A stretch of 63,199 bases of DNA, filler included, from Chiloscyllium plagiosum (GCF_004010195.1; 3 parts of one record of this genome joined end to end with filler, not necessarily neighbours in it), one strand, 5' to 3'. Counted from the first letter of the whole stretch, positions 49,761 through 63,134 are shown. Notes: a model not told the origin generated them from the letters alone. Program-made: numbers and translations.

Positions 49761-50385
49761 AATTGCTGGAGAAACAGAGTTGGTGTTTTAAGTCTCTTTG
49801 TCAGAAATGTTCTGACAGGGCTTTAAAGTCCTGCCCCCATCTACACTTCAATCCACTTATCACTAAATCTTTATTATCAGTTGGTAGAACAACATTTACA
49901 TAGACTTAGATTCTTCTGAAAAGTTTAGAAAGCTATTCTATAATAGTCCTTGTTATTACCCAGAGAACTGCAATGTAAATAAAAAACCAAAACCAGTTAA
50001 TATTGATGGCAATGTCCATTAATAACCCCTTTCAACTCCACTTATCACTGTCTCCAAAGTGGAGTCGACATAGCGCCCAATCAGTCTGAGATGCTCCGTG
50101 AGAAGACACTACATATACTGTAAATTCAATATTTTATCATTACAGTCAGTGTCGAAGCTCTTCACCAGGCTTATCCATATATTGCTTGCCTCACATGAGC
50201 AGTTATACAGTTTTATTTCCTCAATGCTGAGTTTAGGTCCACTTAAACTCAGTGGGACTTAGTTCTGTCCTCCCAATCTCTCTCTTTATCTGCCAAATTA
50301 TCTGCCCACCAGAAATAATTCTAACTTCATGTCAAAAACAGAGCAGACTGTCTAGGCTAACTTATTTTGTTCAAAGAATACCCAC

Positions 50386-50542
50386 CAGTTTTCATTGCAG
50401 CATCTACGTAGCCTTCGTAAAGCTGACGCTGTGCAAGCAGGAAGAAGTGATATGCCTCAGCCCCACGCCAAGCATTGTCAATAATACGATTATCTGACAA
50501 AGAAGCATCTTCTTCAAGTAACCCAGCTAGAGCTGTTGTAGC
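50386..50542 (-). CDS. WDR35: WDR35 internal exon, 157 nt: [52 protein letters not shown](+G)
   Basis: Contains the conserved [21 protein letters not shown] motif. TTTCAG acceptor and GTGGGT donor, ends in phase 1. Confidence 0.96.
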
Positions 50543-51442
50543 CTGAAACAACACACAAGAACTATAGCACACAATATTGCATAGTATCCTTCAATCTTCT
50601 CTTGGGTGCAGGTTGATGTGCTGGAAATTTCCAATATTTTGGATTTATGATAAAATCTGTCAATTAATTTTAGGAATTGGAATGTGGCCTGGAAACAAAC
50701 CAAAGATAAATATCTAAGCACATCTTTAGAATATTAAACATTATACATTTGTAAGGAATCATTCTTACATCTAAATTTCTAACATGCGAGTTTTATTTTT
50801 GAATTACACGTATTTACTTCACCAATGTGTCAGTTTTTAAGTGAACTTTACACTGTACATACACTGAACTGGCTTAGTCAGATTGTGTAGAATGGGAGAG
50901 ATGATTCCCACCCATAATAATTATCTAAAGACATGCTGAAAGAATGACCTGAGGCATTTGTTATGTGCTTGGGAGAGTGCTGAGCTCAGAACAGGGTATC
51001 CTGCTCAACCTGGTTCTTCAAAAACTTAATAATAAACCTCTGGCTGCCCTCTGGACCTTGACTCCTCTTTCCACTAGGTTGGCAGGTAGCTAAAATGACT
51101 CTTCATGCAGTTATAATTGCAGTCGGACCCTGACCTTCATACTTAGAGGAAGCCACAAGCTTCCAGCTTTCTGCAGAACAGTAGGTGAAGATTAAAAAAA
51201 AGGTATAGCAAAATCCCACGGGTAATTTTAATTACCTGACTACTCAATTTCTACCCGAGGCAATTGAGTTAAAATACGTTCCTAATTTGTGTGCTCAAAC
51301 ATAAAGAATATTCCTTTAGGCACACTGAGGCCAATAGCCATGATATTGTATGGCTATTGTATGCATCTCACTATCTCTAGCTGAATAGGAGGTATAGTAC
51401 GCAGTAAAAATATCAATGCTCTTTACTAAGAAAACCAAGTGA

Positions 51443-52842
51443 AAAATCACACTACACCAGATAATAGTCCAACAGGTTTATTTGGAAGCACTAGCTTTCA
51501 GAGCGCTGTTCCTTCATCAGGAGGTTGTGGAGCATAAGACCATAAGACACAGAATTTATAGCAAAAGAATACAATGTCATGTGTCTGAATGATATATTGA
51601 ACAAACCTGGATTATTGTTAAACCTTTCATCTTTTAGAATAGGTTGCAGGGTTCAATTCATTAATATGTAAATCTCAGAACTTCTTTTAAGTCACATTCT
51701 TGAGATAACTTGAGATTTTATAAGAAAAGGTGACACCTCAGTTCAGACAATGCATTAAAGGTGTGAGGTTAGAATCTGTATCCCAATCTTGAGTCAGACT
51801 GGTTCTATTTCCAAAGTGGAATCTACAAAATATTATATGGATTGGCTGCTTGCAGATTGTGCTTTTTTTTGACTAAATTGGAATGTATCTGCAAATACAA
51901 ATTCATTCAATAGACTTATATTTGTGTGCACGTGCAGGAGAGACAGAGAGAGAGTGTGCATGTGAGTGTGAGTGCATGTGAGAGAGTGTGTGTTTGTGTG
52001 TGTGAAAGCTTGAGAGAGTGAGAGAGAGTGTATAGTGTAGTGGGGTCACCTGTAGTGTAACATGAACCCAAAATCCCAACTGAGGCCGTCCTCATGGGTA
52101 CCAAACTCTGCCATGCCACTTTGCGCTGTTGCCTGTCCTGAACTCTGCTTGGAGGACAGTCACCCGAAGATCTGAGGCCGAATGTCCCTGACCACTGAAA
52201 TGTTAGGGTGATCCCACTACACTATACACTCTCACACACACTTACATAGTCGTGCAGACGCTCTCTCATACACATATTCTCACAAACAAACACACACACA
52301 CAAAAGTCTATGGGATGAATTTGTATTTGCAGAATTATATTTGTCTGCAGGCAGTCAATACAGGTAATATTTTATAAATTCCATTTTGGAAATAGAACCA
52401 GTCTGACTCAAGATCTCACACACACTTACATAGTCGTGCAGACGCTCTCTCATACACATATTCTCTCAAACAAACAAACACACACACACACACAAGTCTA
52501 TGGGATGAATTTGTATTTGCAGAATTATATTTGCAGATACATTCTATTTTGCTCAAAAAAGCACAATCTGCAGGCAGTCAATACAGGTAATATTTTATAA
52601 ATTCCATTTTGGAAATAGAACCAGTCTGACTCAAGAATGGATACAGACAGACTCTGACCTCACACCTTTAATGCATAGTCTGAGCTGAGATGTCACCTTT
52701 TGTTATAAAATCTTAAATTATCTTGAGAAGGTGAAGGAGCAGTGCTCTGAAAGCAATTCCTTCCAACTAAACCTGACTATAACCTGGTGTTGTGTGATGT
52801 TTAGCTAATCCACACCAGTCCAATACTGGCTCCTCCATATCA
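51443..52842. mobile_element. Large inverted family B Penelope element in a WDR35 intron
   Basis: Minus arm 51443-52200 encodes an endonuclease C-terminus (HFSGQGHSASDLRVTVLQ...FGTHEDGLSWDFGFMLHYR*) plus UTR and terminal repeat. Plus arm 52200-52842 has an internal ~180-bp duplication. Confidence 0.85.
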
Positions 52843-52957
52843 TGAGAAAACTAAAACATATCACTTTTTAACAGTTACAGCTGTATATTTTAACTTACAT
52901 TGGTGAAATTGGAACACTTGATCAGAGTTAAACATCAGCTTTTTTTATATGCAATAC

Positions 52958-53098
52958 CTCTGATCGTCTGCCTTTCAATTTTGCTCTCTGAGTGTTCTTT
53001 ATCTGCTCATGATAATCTTCCACAAGCAGTGCTGCCAGCACGTAAAGTTTCTTAACACGTAAGGGCTTGGTTCTCTTTTTTGCTTCTTCTTCAGCAAT
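52958..53098 (-). CDS. WDR35: WDR35 internal exon, 141 nt: [47 protein letters not shown]
   Basis: Manual translation gives the [11 protein letters not shown] motif of WDR35. TTTAG acceptor and GTATTG donor, phase 0/0. Confidence 0.95.
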
Positions 53099-54777
53099 CT
53101 AAATAAAATGACAAAATAGCTGATTTCAGGAAGAGAATATTCAAAAACCCTGTAGAATAGATAATATTCCAAAAACATAGTATAACTTTTAATCAACTTT
53201 GACATCTAACTCATTTTTAGAAATAAGGAAAGAAATACCCTATGAATTATTTAAGACAAAATCGCAAATAATAAATGGTGAGCAACACTAACTTGCTATT
53301 ACTTTGACTAACATTTGTCTATAAGCTTCCTGTGGCTTTATGAACTGTGCCTGTGGTAATTAGAAAGCAGAAACAGTAAGGCACCCTGTACAAGGGATCT
53401 GACCCTTGTGTGAACAGGACAAACCTAGCAGTTTGAAGAATCTTTACTGAAACAAGCATGAGGCAACTTTTGACTGCTCTTTCAGATGCTGAAAAGCTTC
53501 TGTAAAGATGGGGTCTTGAACTGTTATGGTGGTTTGTTCATGTTTAATACGACATGACATTATAATAAAGCAACTGAAGCTTATTTTGATATGATTGCTT
53601 GGAGAAAATTAAGAACCACCTCAATTACCTGCTGGTAGTCACTCACACATATTTTGATGGATAGTGCTGACCCAATAGCCTATCCCAACAGACATTAGTA
53701 GATTCTGGATCACAGGGCATTGCTCAAAATTTCAAGCACTACTTAAAGATATTATCACATTTTACTTTTCACTTGCTCGAAGAATAGAAAGAACATTTAA
53801 AATTAATTGGGACACTTTCTAGGATACTTTGTCAAGATTTACCAATCTTAAACATTTATTCTGGAAATTATCTGCAGACTTCACCTCAACAAAGTGCTAC
53901 TGTAACTCACTGGATACCTTACATAACCACCAGGAGAAAAGATTCTCCTTAATCTGCAGAAGGAACAGGTGGAGGACACAAAATCAGGCAAAACAGTAAA
54001 ACAGCACCAGTTGCTAGAGAAGAAGGTGAACGCAATCTCTCAACTGCAGAAACAGAATATCTCTCCTCAGCTAAACCTCCTCCTCCAGTAGATGAAGTAC
54101 TGAAGTAAAAACATTTTCTTCTTTGTCCCTTACTATTCAGAAACCTGCCTCTTTGTGCCAGCCAGCACACCCTACAGTAACTATGGTGTGTGGAGACATA
54201 TGCATTACTCAATGAAAATTCTACATATCAGAACCTAAATGTCAAAAATACAGATGCTCTTTAAATGCTCCCAGACAAATTCAATTTCTAGTATTCAGCA
54301 ATTAGCACCAAAGTGTGAACCAAAACTAGACTTCAAATAGGTATTATTTTATTAGCACAGTATCTGATTTCATCCAGCTGTATTTCTGTTGCAATCAAAT
54401 AATGTAAAAGCCTTGGTATAAGTTAACTCATCAACATCTCCCATTGTCAGTCAAATCAGTCATGAAATATTCAGAAGCAAACTCTGAAATCAACACATAA
54501 AAATATTTTTGGGAATGAACGATGGCCAGATATTTGCAGTAAAGCATAATATACTGTGTCACAAGTTACACAATATTAAAAGGTTGCTAGTGAATTTCAA
54601 AAGAAATAAAACATTTTCATCCGTACCCTTTACAGGAGACATTAACTGAAAGAAAGTCAGAGATTGACGGGGAGGAAGGAGAACATGAATCAAGTGAGTT
54701 CTCACATCGTGCAACTCAAAATCCTGTCAGCTGACAGTGCAATTGGGCTTGCATGTGATGTCACACACAACTGGGCA

Positions 54778-55435
54778 CAGAGTCATGCAGCATGGAAACA
54801 GGCCCTTTGGCCCAACTGGTCCATTCTGACCATGGTGCACACTAAGCTAGTTCCAATTGCCCACATTTGATCCATCTCCCTCTAAACCCTTCTCATCCAA
54901 TTCTTTTTTTTAAGTGTCGCGATTGTACCTGTTTCAACCATTTTCTCTGGCAGTCCATTCCATACATGCCACACTCTCTGCGTGAAGAAGTTGCCCCTCA
55001 GATCATTCTTAAATCTTTCTCCTCTCACTTTAAACTATGCGTTCTAGTTTTCAATTCCACATCCCTGGGAAAAAGAGTATATGCATTCATCCTACCTATG
55101 CCGCTCATGATTTTATACACCTCCATAAGGTCACCTCCCATTCTCCTACATTCCAAAGAATAAAGTCCTATTCTGGCCAACCTCTCCATATAACTCAGGC
55201 CTACTAGTCCTGGCAACATCCTCATAAATCTTCTTTGCACTCTTTCCAGTTTGATTATGTCTTTCCTATAACAGGGTGACCAAAACTGTACCCAATATTC
55301 CAAGTGTGGCCTCATCAGTGCCTTAAAAAACTGTAACATACTGTCCCAACTCTTACACTCAATGCCTAGACCAATGAAGGCCAGCATGCTAAATACCTTA
55401 ATTCACCACCCGGTCTACCTGTGATGCCACTTTCA
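54778..55435 (-). mobile_element. CR1 3' fragment
   Basis: RPHLEYWVQFWSP..KLERVQRRFMRMLPGL in ORF 55025-55387, plus tail. Confidence 0.92.
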
Positions 55436-56939
55436 ATGAGATAAGATTCTGCCAACGGTGTACAAGGTCAGGAGGCACCATTCTGACATCAGTAACTGGC
55501 AGTATAAATATAGCTTAATATCAGGAAACCAGATAATAGCTGAAATAAATGCAAAATAAGTTTCCTGAAAAAGAAACTAAGATAATTAAAATAATAAATG
55601 CACAATCCTAGGAAATGTTCATCCTGGATCATTTTTTTTAAAAAAATCAATCATTTTTAGTCTATTTTAAAAGTAAAAGGACCAAAATAAACAACTCACC
55701 AGCAGAGTCACAGTTGTGTATTTAAATAAGATTCAATTATCCCACAACCCTTAAAGATAGTGACACCAAGATAGATGTATGGGCAGTGCACAGAAAACAA
55801 GAAATGTCAAAAAACAATGAGGGAGGAAATTCTCATAAAAAGTAATCTGCCCTCTGATTTATTGATGAACAACAAAAATCTGTACGTGCAGATGGATCAT
55901 AGCAGCCATATTTGCATTGGGAGCAGTCACTCCATTCTCATTCTTTCCCCCAAAATAAGACCTACAGATTAAAACTACAAAGGGTAGGTTGGAATATTTA
56001 ATTCAAAGAAAAATAATATACAAAGGGAGATGTAGAAAATAAAAAAAATGACAAAATCAAATCAAAGAAATAAAGTTTACTTTAAAAGTCTTTAACGATA
56101 ATGAAAATCAGAACCAACGAGACTCCACAGCTATATGAGCTAATTTTCAATGACAGATTGTTTGGGAATAATCAAGACATAACACAGAAACCATGTACAG
56201 TTGAACAGACAACCCTCAATTTTTTTGGGTATATGTATTAGGAAAGTAGCCAAACTTCACAGCCTTCATTAATGTGAATGTCAAATTTCTAGCAGTGTAC
56301 CAGAGTAGTGAAGTTTCCAGAGGACGACAGCAATTTTGGCAGCAATTTGCTTATTTTCATATTTTACTGCCTGTGTGCAGACTTTATGAGTTGCTATCCA
56401 ATTTACTCCATAGCAGTGAGTAATAAAAGCAAAATCTGGGCCGTTATATTCATAAAATATAATCTTTTAGCAGTGTTGGGGAATAACAGAATCTTGTGTT
56501 TCAATCTGATGATCTACTCCACTGCAGTTCAGATGAAAGAAATACCTTTCATTCTAAATCATTAAGTTCATACTGAACTAACAAGTGATAACTTTGCAGA
56601 TAGATTTATTTTTCAATTGGAACTGTATGGCTGATTTAGTTAATCTATACTTATGACACTATTACAAACTGTTAATGAATGGGCATCTGATCATTGGAAA
56701 GTAGAACAGGAATAAACAAAAAAAATCTTTGATTGTACAATAGCTATCCTAATGTACTTTACATGGTATGATTTGCTTATACTACATGCAAAACAAAACT
56801 TTTCACTGTAATTCGATGAAAATAAAATGCGACAATAATAAATCAAATCAAATAGCTGGTCAGTTAGCTGTTTATAATGCACAACTAATTTATATCTGTT
56901 ATATTATAAGATGCTCCATTATTAAATCCTTCCCAAAGA

Positions 56940-57310
56940 TAGAAACATAAAAAATAGGATGAGGAGTAAGTCATTCGGCCCTTCAAGCTGCTCTGCCATT
57001 CAATATGCTCGTAGCTGATCATCCAACACCCTATTGCAACTTTCACCCATAGCTTTTGATGACTTTAAGGCAAAGAACCATATCATGCATTTTCTAGTCC
57101 ACATACAATGTTTTGGCCTCAACTGCTTTCAATTCTACAGGCTCACAATCCTCTGGGTGAAGAGATTTCTCCTCATCTCAGTCCCAAATGGCCTACCCTG
57201 CATCCTCAGACTGTGGCCCCTAGTTCTTAACTCCCCAGTCATCAGGAACAATTACCCTGTCTATTCAAATTTTATTTTTTTTGAGGTTCACCTCTCCTTC
57301 TAAATGCCAG
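56940..57310 (-). mobile_element. CR1 tail fragment
   Basis: GAGGAGTAAGTCATTCGGCCCTTCAAG..CTCTGGGTGAAGAGATTTCTCCTCATCTCAGTCC. Confidence 0.75.
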
Positions 57311-57411
57311 GAAATAAAGATAATGTATGTATCACTCCAAAATTTAACTAGATAATTAAAATATTGGATAGAAGTTGCAAAACCAACTGTAGAAAATCAC
57401 CTGCTGCTATA

Positions 57412-57631
57412 CAGTTGGTTCTGCTATAACAGAGTAGTTCTGTTCTCATGCAATCCCATGTTATAAGCAAATCACATAATAGCAGCACCATATAAACTAA
57501 TGGGGCCGGGATCAAGTTATAACCAATACATGCTTTAAAAGTTCACGCTTTAGAAATAGTGTCCCTAATTCATCAATCGTATTACAGTGAAATTTCATTA
57601 ACAAAAACACATGTTATAGCAGAACAACTTG
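57412..57631. mobile_element. Tc1/mariner (Tigger/pogo-like) MITE
   Basis: ~20-bp TIRs CAGTTGGTTCTGCTATAACA / TGTTATAGCAGAACAACTTG, flanked by TA on both sides. No coding capacity. Confidence 0.8.
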
Positions 57632-57772
57632 TACTTCTACTTTTAAATCTGAATAGTAGTTTTCATAAATTTCTAAGAACAGATATGCAAATATGCAGAC
57701 AGATGTAAAATGCTTTACATGCCTCTAAGAAATCCAAAGATATCCCCAATTATGGAGAGAGTACTGCTGTAC

Positions 57773-57937
57773 CTTAAACATGAGCTTTGCAGCATCAAGG
57801 AAATGATGGGCCTTTCGGTAAAGTTCAATTGCTTCCAAAGTTTTATTCTTCTCCAACAGATGAGATGCATACTTAGCCAAAAGGGATCCAATTTCTTTCA
57901 TATTGTGATTCTTGGCCAATTCAACAGCTTTATTCCA
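57773..57937 (-). CDS. WDR35: WDR35 internal exon, 165 nt: [55 protein letters not shown]
   Basis: Lies within ORF 57725-57979. CAG acceptor and GTACAG donor, in frame with the flanking exons. Confidence 0.96.
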
Positions 57938-58139
57938 CTGGAATTTTTTTGAGAAAATAGTCAAAATTAGTAATTGCATTAATATTGGTGAGAAGTAGTA
58001 ATAATATTTAAATGATCCATTTTTAAAAGGGGCACATGATCAATAGTAAGTAGGGCATGTTCACAAGTCTTTAACTGTGGCAAAGTAAGTTTAAATAAAA
58101 CTGTCAAAAGTTGTACAGAATTCTTTATTTTATAAATAT

Positions 58140-58665
58140 ATGCATTGGGTATAAAAGACAAAATACTGATCTTTATTGAACTTTGGTGAGACTCCAGCTG
58201 AAGTAATGTGGGCAATTCAGGCACCACACTTTAGGAAGATGTCTAAAGTTTAGACAGAGACTATAGAAGAGGTTTAATAAAATTGCACCAGGGATGAAAG
58301 GCTTCAGTTACATAGACAGACCAGAGAAAATGAAGTTGCTCTCCCTAGGGCAGTTAAGAGGAGCTTTGAGATAGGTGTTTAAAATCTTAAAGGGTTTACC
58401 GAGAAATTAGAGGTATAGGCAATCAGGTAAATGACAAATGAACCTGAAGCAACATGAGAAAATATTTGTAAAAGCATTGAGTTGTTATAGTAGGGAATGC
58501 ACTGTCTACTATGTGATAAAAGCAGATTCAAATGTAACATACAAAAGAGAACTGGATAAATACTTGAAAAAGAACAAAATAAGTTGCTCGCTGTCAAGCA
58601 CTTCTTCCATACAACCAGAACAGGTATAATAGGCTGAATGGTCTCTTTTTGTCAAATAATTCTGC
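58140..58665 (+). mobile_element. Degraded CR1 3' fragment
   Basis: LVRLQLK.CGQFRH.HFRK-like remnant and a GGCTGAATGG tail. Confidence 0.65.
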
Positions 58666-59086
58666 ATTTCATCGTGCTTGACCATAATGTAATCTGTATT
58701 TTAGTAATGGTGGTATTTTACGGTTCATGTAGGAAGTTCAATATGTTGTAGCAACATGCAATTTTTCATGCATGTTGTCATCTGGAACAATGGATGGTGA
58801 TGGTAGAGACTCTAAATTTCTTACCATTGCATAACTGACTAGGAATCTCCCCTGCTCTTACTGCCTGCCATTGGTATGTGCTAGAAGAATTTACAGGTTT
58901 GTTGTCAATCTATTTGGTTATGTTTCAAATGCAACTTGTTTGCCACCATGTAAGATTCAATTCCAGAACATTTAGCCATGTCACAATATGTTCTCATTCC
59001 ATTGTTTCGGAATTCATAAATAAAATGAGGAAACGCACTAAAAAGGTACTGCATTAAATTATAATTTTTTCTTTTTAATATCCTAC

Positions 59087-59197
59087 CTGATTCAGATGTA
59101 TACAGGTCTCAACTGCAGCTTTAGCTTGGTTACATTTGAGGAATGCAGCTACAGCTTGCTCACACATACCCACAGTAACAAACATGTGGGCTATATC
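59087..59197 (-). CDS. WDR35: WDR35 (IFT121) internal exon, 111 nt: [37 protein letters not shown]
   Basis: Manual translation matches the vertebrate WDR35 C-terminal region as recalled ([22 protein letters not shown]...HLNQ). AG acceptor at 59198-59199, GTAGGA donor, phase 0/0. Confidence 0.95.
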
Positions 59198-59569
59198 CTA
59201 TACAAAAAATGTCGAAGTATTCAAAATTTTGTTGTCAAAAAGTCTTAACTGTACAAAAGAACTACTATAGATCTAAATAACTGAAGAAAATTCCTTCTGA
59301 CATCCAAGTGCTGGAGGAATTCTGAGTGGAAAGGGAGACAAAGACAAATCTTTCACTCTGAAAGCCTCGTTTTATTCACCTTGCCAATAAAAAAATTCCA
59401 GAGATTTGCTTTATTTTTGGAATAAGTGAACTTTAGTTTAAAAGCTCAGTTTACAATAGTTCAACTTAATCTTGCTTGAAATTATTAGTGGGAAGATTCT
59501 GAACCAGTGTCATGACTTGAAAATATATTCTTTAGCAGGAATAAATATCTTATAGCTGGTGTAATTTAC

Positions 59570-61070
59570 TTTTTATTTATTGACAGGATGTGTGCATCAT
59601 TGAACAATCCATCATTTATTGACCATCCCCAATTGTTCTTAAGAAGGTGGCGGATGGTGAGATGCCTTCTCTAACCATTGAAGTCCAAATACATTTGTAC
59701 ACCCATAACGCTGTTAGGGAAGCAGTTCCAGGACTTTTTTTCCCCCCAATAACAGTGATATAGTTATATAAAATCAGGATGGAGGAGTACTTGCAGATGG
59801 TGGTGTTCCCATGTATCTGCTGCCCTTATCTTCTGGATAGTACAGGTAGTGATTTTGGAAGGTGCTATCTAAGGAGCATGGTGAGTTGATGCAGTGCATC
59901 TTGCTGATGGTGCACACTGGTGCCACTGTACATTGGTTGTGGAGGAAATGAATGTTAAATGAGATAGACCGGGAACCAATCAAACAGGCTGCATTTTCCT
60001 GGATGGTGTTGAGCTCTTGAGTGTTGTTGGAAGTTACACACATACAGGCAAATGAAGACTGTTCCATCATGTTACTGACTTGATTTTGTAGATGGTTGCC
60101 AGGAGATGTGTTACTCACTGCAAAATTAACAGCCTCCAACCTGTATTTGTAGCCATGATATTTATATAGCTGGTTCACTTCAGATTTTGATAAATGGCTA
60201 TACCAGTATATTGAGCACAGGGGTTTTAGTGATGGTAATGTCATTGAATATAGCTGGTCATTGTGCAGCACAGATGTTACTTGCCACTTAGGGTGTCATA
60301 AATGGTGATGAACATAGAGCAATCATTCGCAACCATCCCCACTTACAACCTTATGCTGGAAGGAAGGGCATTATTAAAGCAGCTGAAGACAGGCAAGTCT
60401 GGACAATACATAAGGAACTCCTCTTTATGATGCCTTCTGGCTTCGGTGATTGACCTCAACAACTACATCCATCTCCCTTTGTGCTAGGCTTGCCTCCAAC
60501 TAAATGAAAGTTTTCTCTTCATTCCCATTGACTCCAATTTTGCTAGGGCTCCTTGAGTGTGACATCAACCAAATGCTGCAATTGATGTAAAAGGAAGTGG
60601 CATCACATCCCCTCATATACTGTGCTGGTCCAAACACAAACAAAAGAGCTGAAATGAGATCCAGATCTTAATGAGCAGGTTAATGTCCAGTTGATGCTGG
60701 ATGATAGATTTTCAATAATACCTATCACTTTGTGGATGACTGACATTAACTGAAGGGGTGGTAATTAGCCAGGTTGGATTTGTCCTGCTTTTTCTGGACA
60801 GAGTATCCTGGTCAATTTTCCATAATACCAGTTGCATGTCAGTGCAGGAAATGCTGCTGAAGGCCCACACACCTGCATGGATGCCCAGCCTTGAGTTGCT
60901 AGATATGTTTGATGTCTGTCTCATTTAGCAAACTGGTAGTACCAGGTAACGTTATGGAGGGTACCCACGAAGTGAAAACACGATGGTCACTCCTATTAAT
61001 ACCATCATGGACAGATGCATACGTTGCAGATAGATTGGTAAGGACAAGGCCAAATACATTATTCCATTTT
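59570..61070 (-). mobile_element. Ancient CR1/L2-group (Crack-like) LINE remnant
   Basis: LNTIQENAACLIG..NIHFLHNQCTVAPVCTISKMHC and LVLTNL...SDH endonuclease remnant. Confidence 0.7.
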
Positions 61071-61084
61071 ATGACTCCCTGACA

Positions 61085-62205
61085 ATAAGGCATAGGAGCA
61101 GAAGTCAGTCACTCTGCCCATTGGGTCTGTTCCACTATTAAATGAGATCATGTCTTACCTGATAATCCTCAACATCACTTTCCTGCCTTTTCCCCATAAC
61201 TCCTGATTACCTTAATTCAAATTCTCTCCATCTCAACATTGAATATTCTTAACAACTCATCTTTGAAAGCACTCTGTGGTTAGGAATTCCACAGATTCAC
61301 TAGTCTCTGACAAAAGGCATTCTTTCTCATCTCTGTCTCAAACGGTTGACCCTCCACTCTGAGATTATTCCCTCTGGTTTGAGACTCTCCCACAAGTGGA
61401 AACAACCTTTCCACATCCACCATGCAAAGCTCCCCCCCCCCACCCCCAATCCACAAGAATCTTTAATATTTCAATAATGTTACCTCTCATTCTTCTAAAT
61501 TTCAATGAGTACAGGCTCAACCTACTCAACCTCTCCTCATAACTATGTGAACGTTCTCCAAGCTGCCTCCAATATTTTTCTCTTAGATGAGGGGAGCAAA
61601 ATTGTTTGCAGTATTCTAGCTGTGGTCTGATTAGTGCCTTGTATAGTTTTAGCAAAACCTTATTCTTCGGAGGGGGGGTGTGAACTAGTTGGGCCGAAGG
61701 GCCTGTTTACACACTGTAGGAAATCTAATCTAATCTTACTACTTTTATACTCCATTCTTTTAGAAGTAAAGACCACCATTCTACTGGTCTTCCTTATTAT
61801 CTATGCTAGCTTTTAGTGATGTATCTGTGCTGCAGCTTCCTGCATTCTTTCCCTGTTTCAGTAATATTTAGCTTCTCTATCCTTCCTGTGACGGTGCATT
61901 TTTCCACTTTATATTCCATCTGCCACTCACATAACTTATCTATATCCCTCAGTAGACTCCGTGTCACCCCTCACTGCTTCCCTTCCCGCCTATATTAGTG
62001 TTATCTGCAAACCTAGCAATAGTAGATTCACTTCAACTATCATTGTGGCCCCAGCACTGATCCCTGTGACACTCCACTAGTTACAGCTTGCCATCCTGAA
62101 AATTCCTCTTATTCCAACTTATCTTCCCTTTCTCTTCTATTAGTTAACAAATTCTCTGTCCATGCTAATATACCATTCCCATCACCTTATCTTCCTGAAC
62201 AGCCT
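61085..62205 (-). mobile_element. CR1 fragment with a small HE1 tail insertion (~61662-61735)
   Basis: LYKALIRPQLEYCKQFCSP; ARFADNT and GVSQGSVLGPQ remnants. Confidence 0.85.
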
Positions 62206-62417
62206 TATATTCCTTAATGAATGCCCTTTTATGAACTAATCATCATCTGGAAGGATGCTGGAGAAGGTAATTAGCAGTAATTAATTTCCTTGTTTATTTC
62301 TAAATTGATTTCAAGGAGTCCAGAGGCAACCTTGAAGTCTTTCAGGGTAACTCCCACTGACCGTATACTGCTGTGCCGTCAGCCCAGGTGGGTCTGTCCT
62401 GCATACTCATGAGATTG

Positions 62418-63050
62418 TGTCTGTTGCTCTCGATGTGGTCTCCTCTATATTGAGGAGACAGGACACCAAGTCGCAGAACATTTCGGGGAATATCTCTGGG
62501 GGTCATGTACCAAACAACCCCATCACCCTGTGGCCAACCACTTCAACTCCCTCTCCCACTCCACCAAGGATATGCAAGTCTTGGGCCTACTCCACCACCA
62601 AATCCAAGCCACGTGATGACTGGAGGAAGAACGCCTCATCTTCCACCTTGGGACCCTCCAAACATACGGCATCAATGTCGATTTCATCAGTTTCCTCATC
62701 TCCCCTCCCCCACACCTCATTCCAGATCCAACCCTCCAACTTGGCACCACCCTCTTGAAAGGTCTTTGTTCCCACCTATCTGCTCCACTGTCTTCTCCAA
62801 CCTATCACCATCACTCCCCACCTGCATCTACTTATACCCTTCCCAGCTATCTTTCCCCAGCCTCACCCTGAACCCCCCCTCCCCCATGTATCTCTCAGTC
62901 CCCTTCCCCCTCCAGCCCACATTCCTGATGAAGCGCTTATGCTCGAAACATTGATTCTCCTGCCCCTCTGATGCTGCCTGATCTGCTGTACTGTTTCAGC
63001 ACCATACTTTTTGACTCTGATCTTCATCATCTGTAGTCCTCACTTTCTCC
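62418..63050 (+). mobile_element. 5'-truncated Penelope element (GIY-YIG C-terminus + family A 3' repeat)
   Basis: RCGLLYIEETG..VANHFNSPSH..LGTLQTYGINVDF. 16-bp TSD CATACTCATGAGATTG at 62402-62417 and 63051-63066. Confidence 0.9.
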
Positions 63051-63134
63051 CATACTCATGAGATTGACACACTCTGGTGATGGTGTCAAGAACATTTTCC
63101 TGGAATGATACCTTACATACAATGGATCTCAGTC

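Noticed and set aside
53950..54110. Purine-rich stretch open in two plus-strand frames within a WDR35 intron
   Set aside because: Short and compositionally biased, with no recognisable homology or exon partners.
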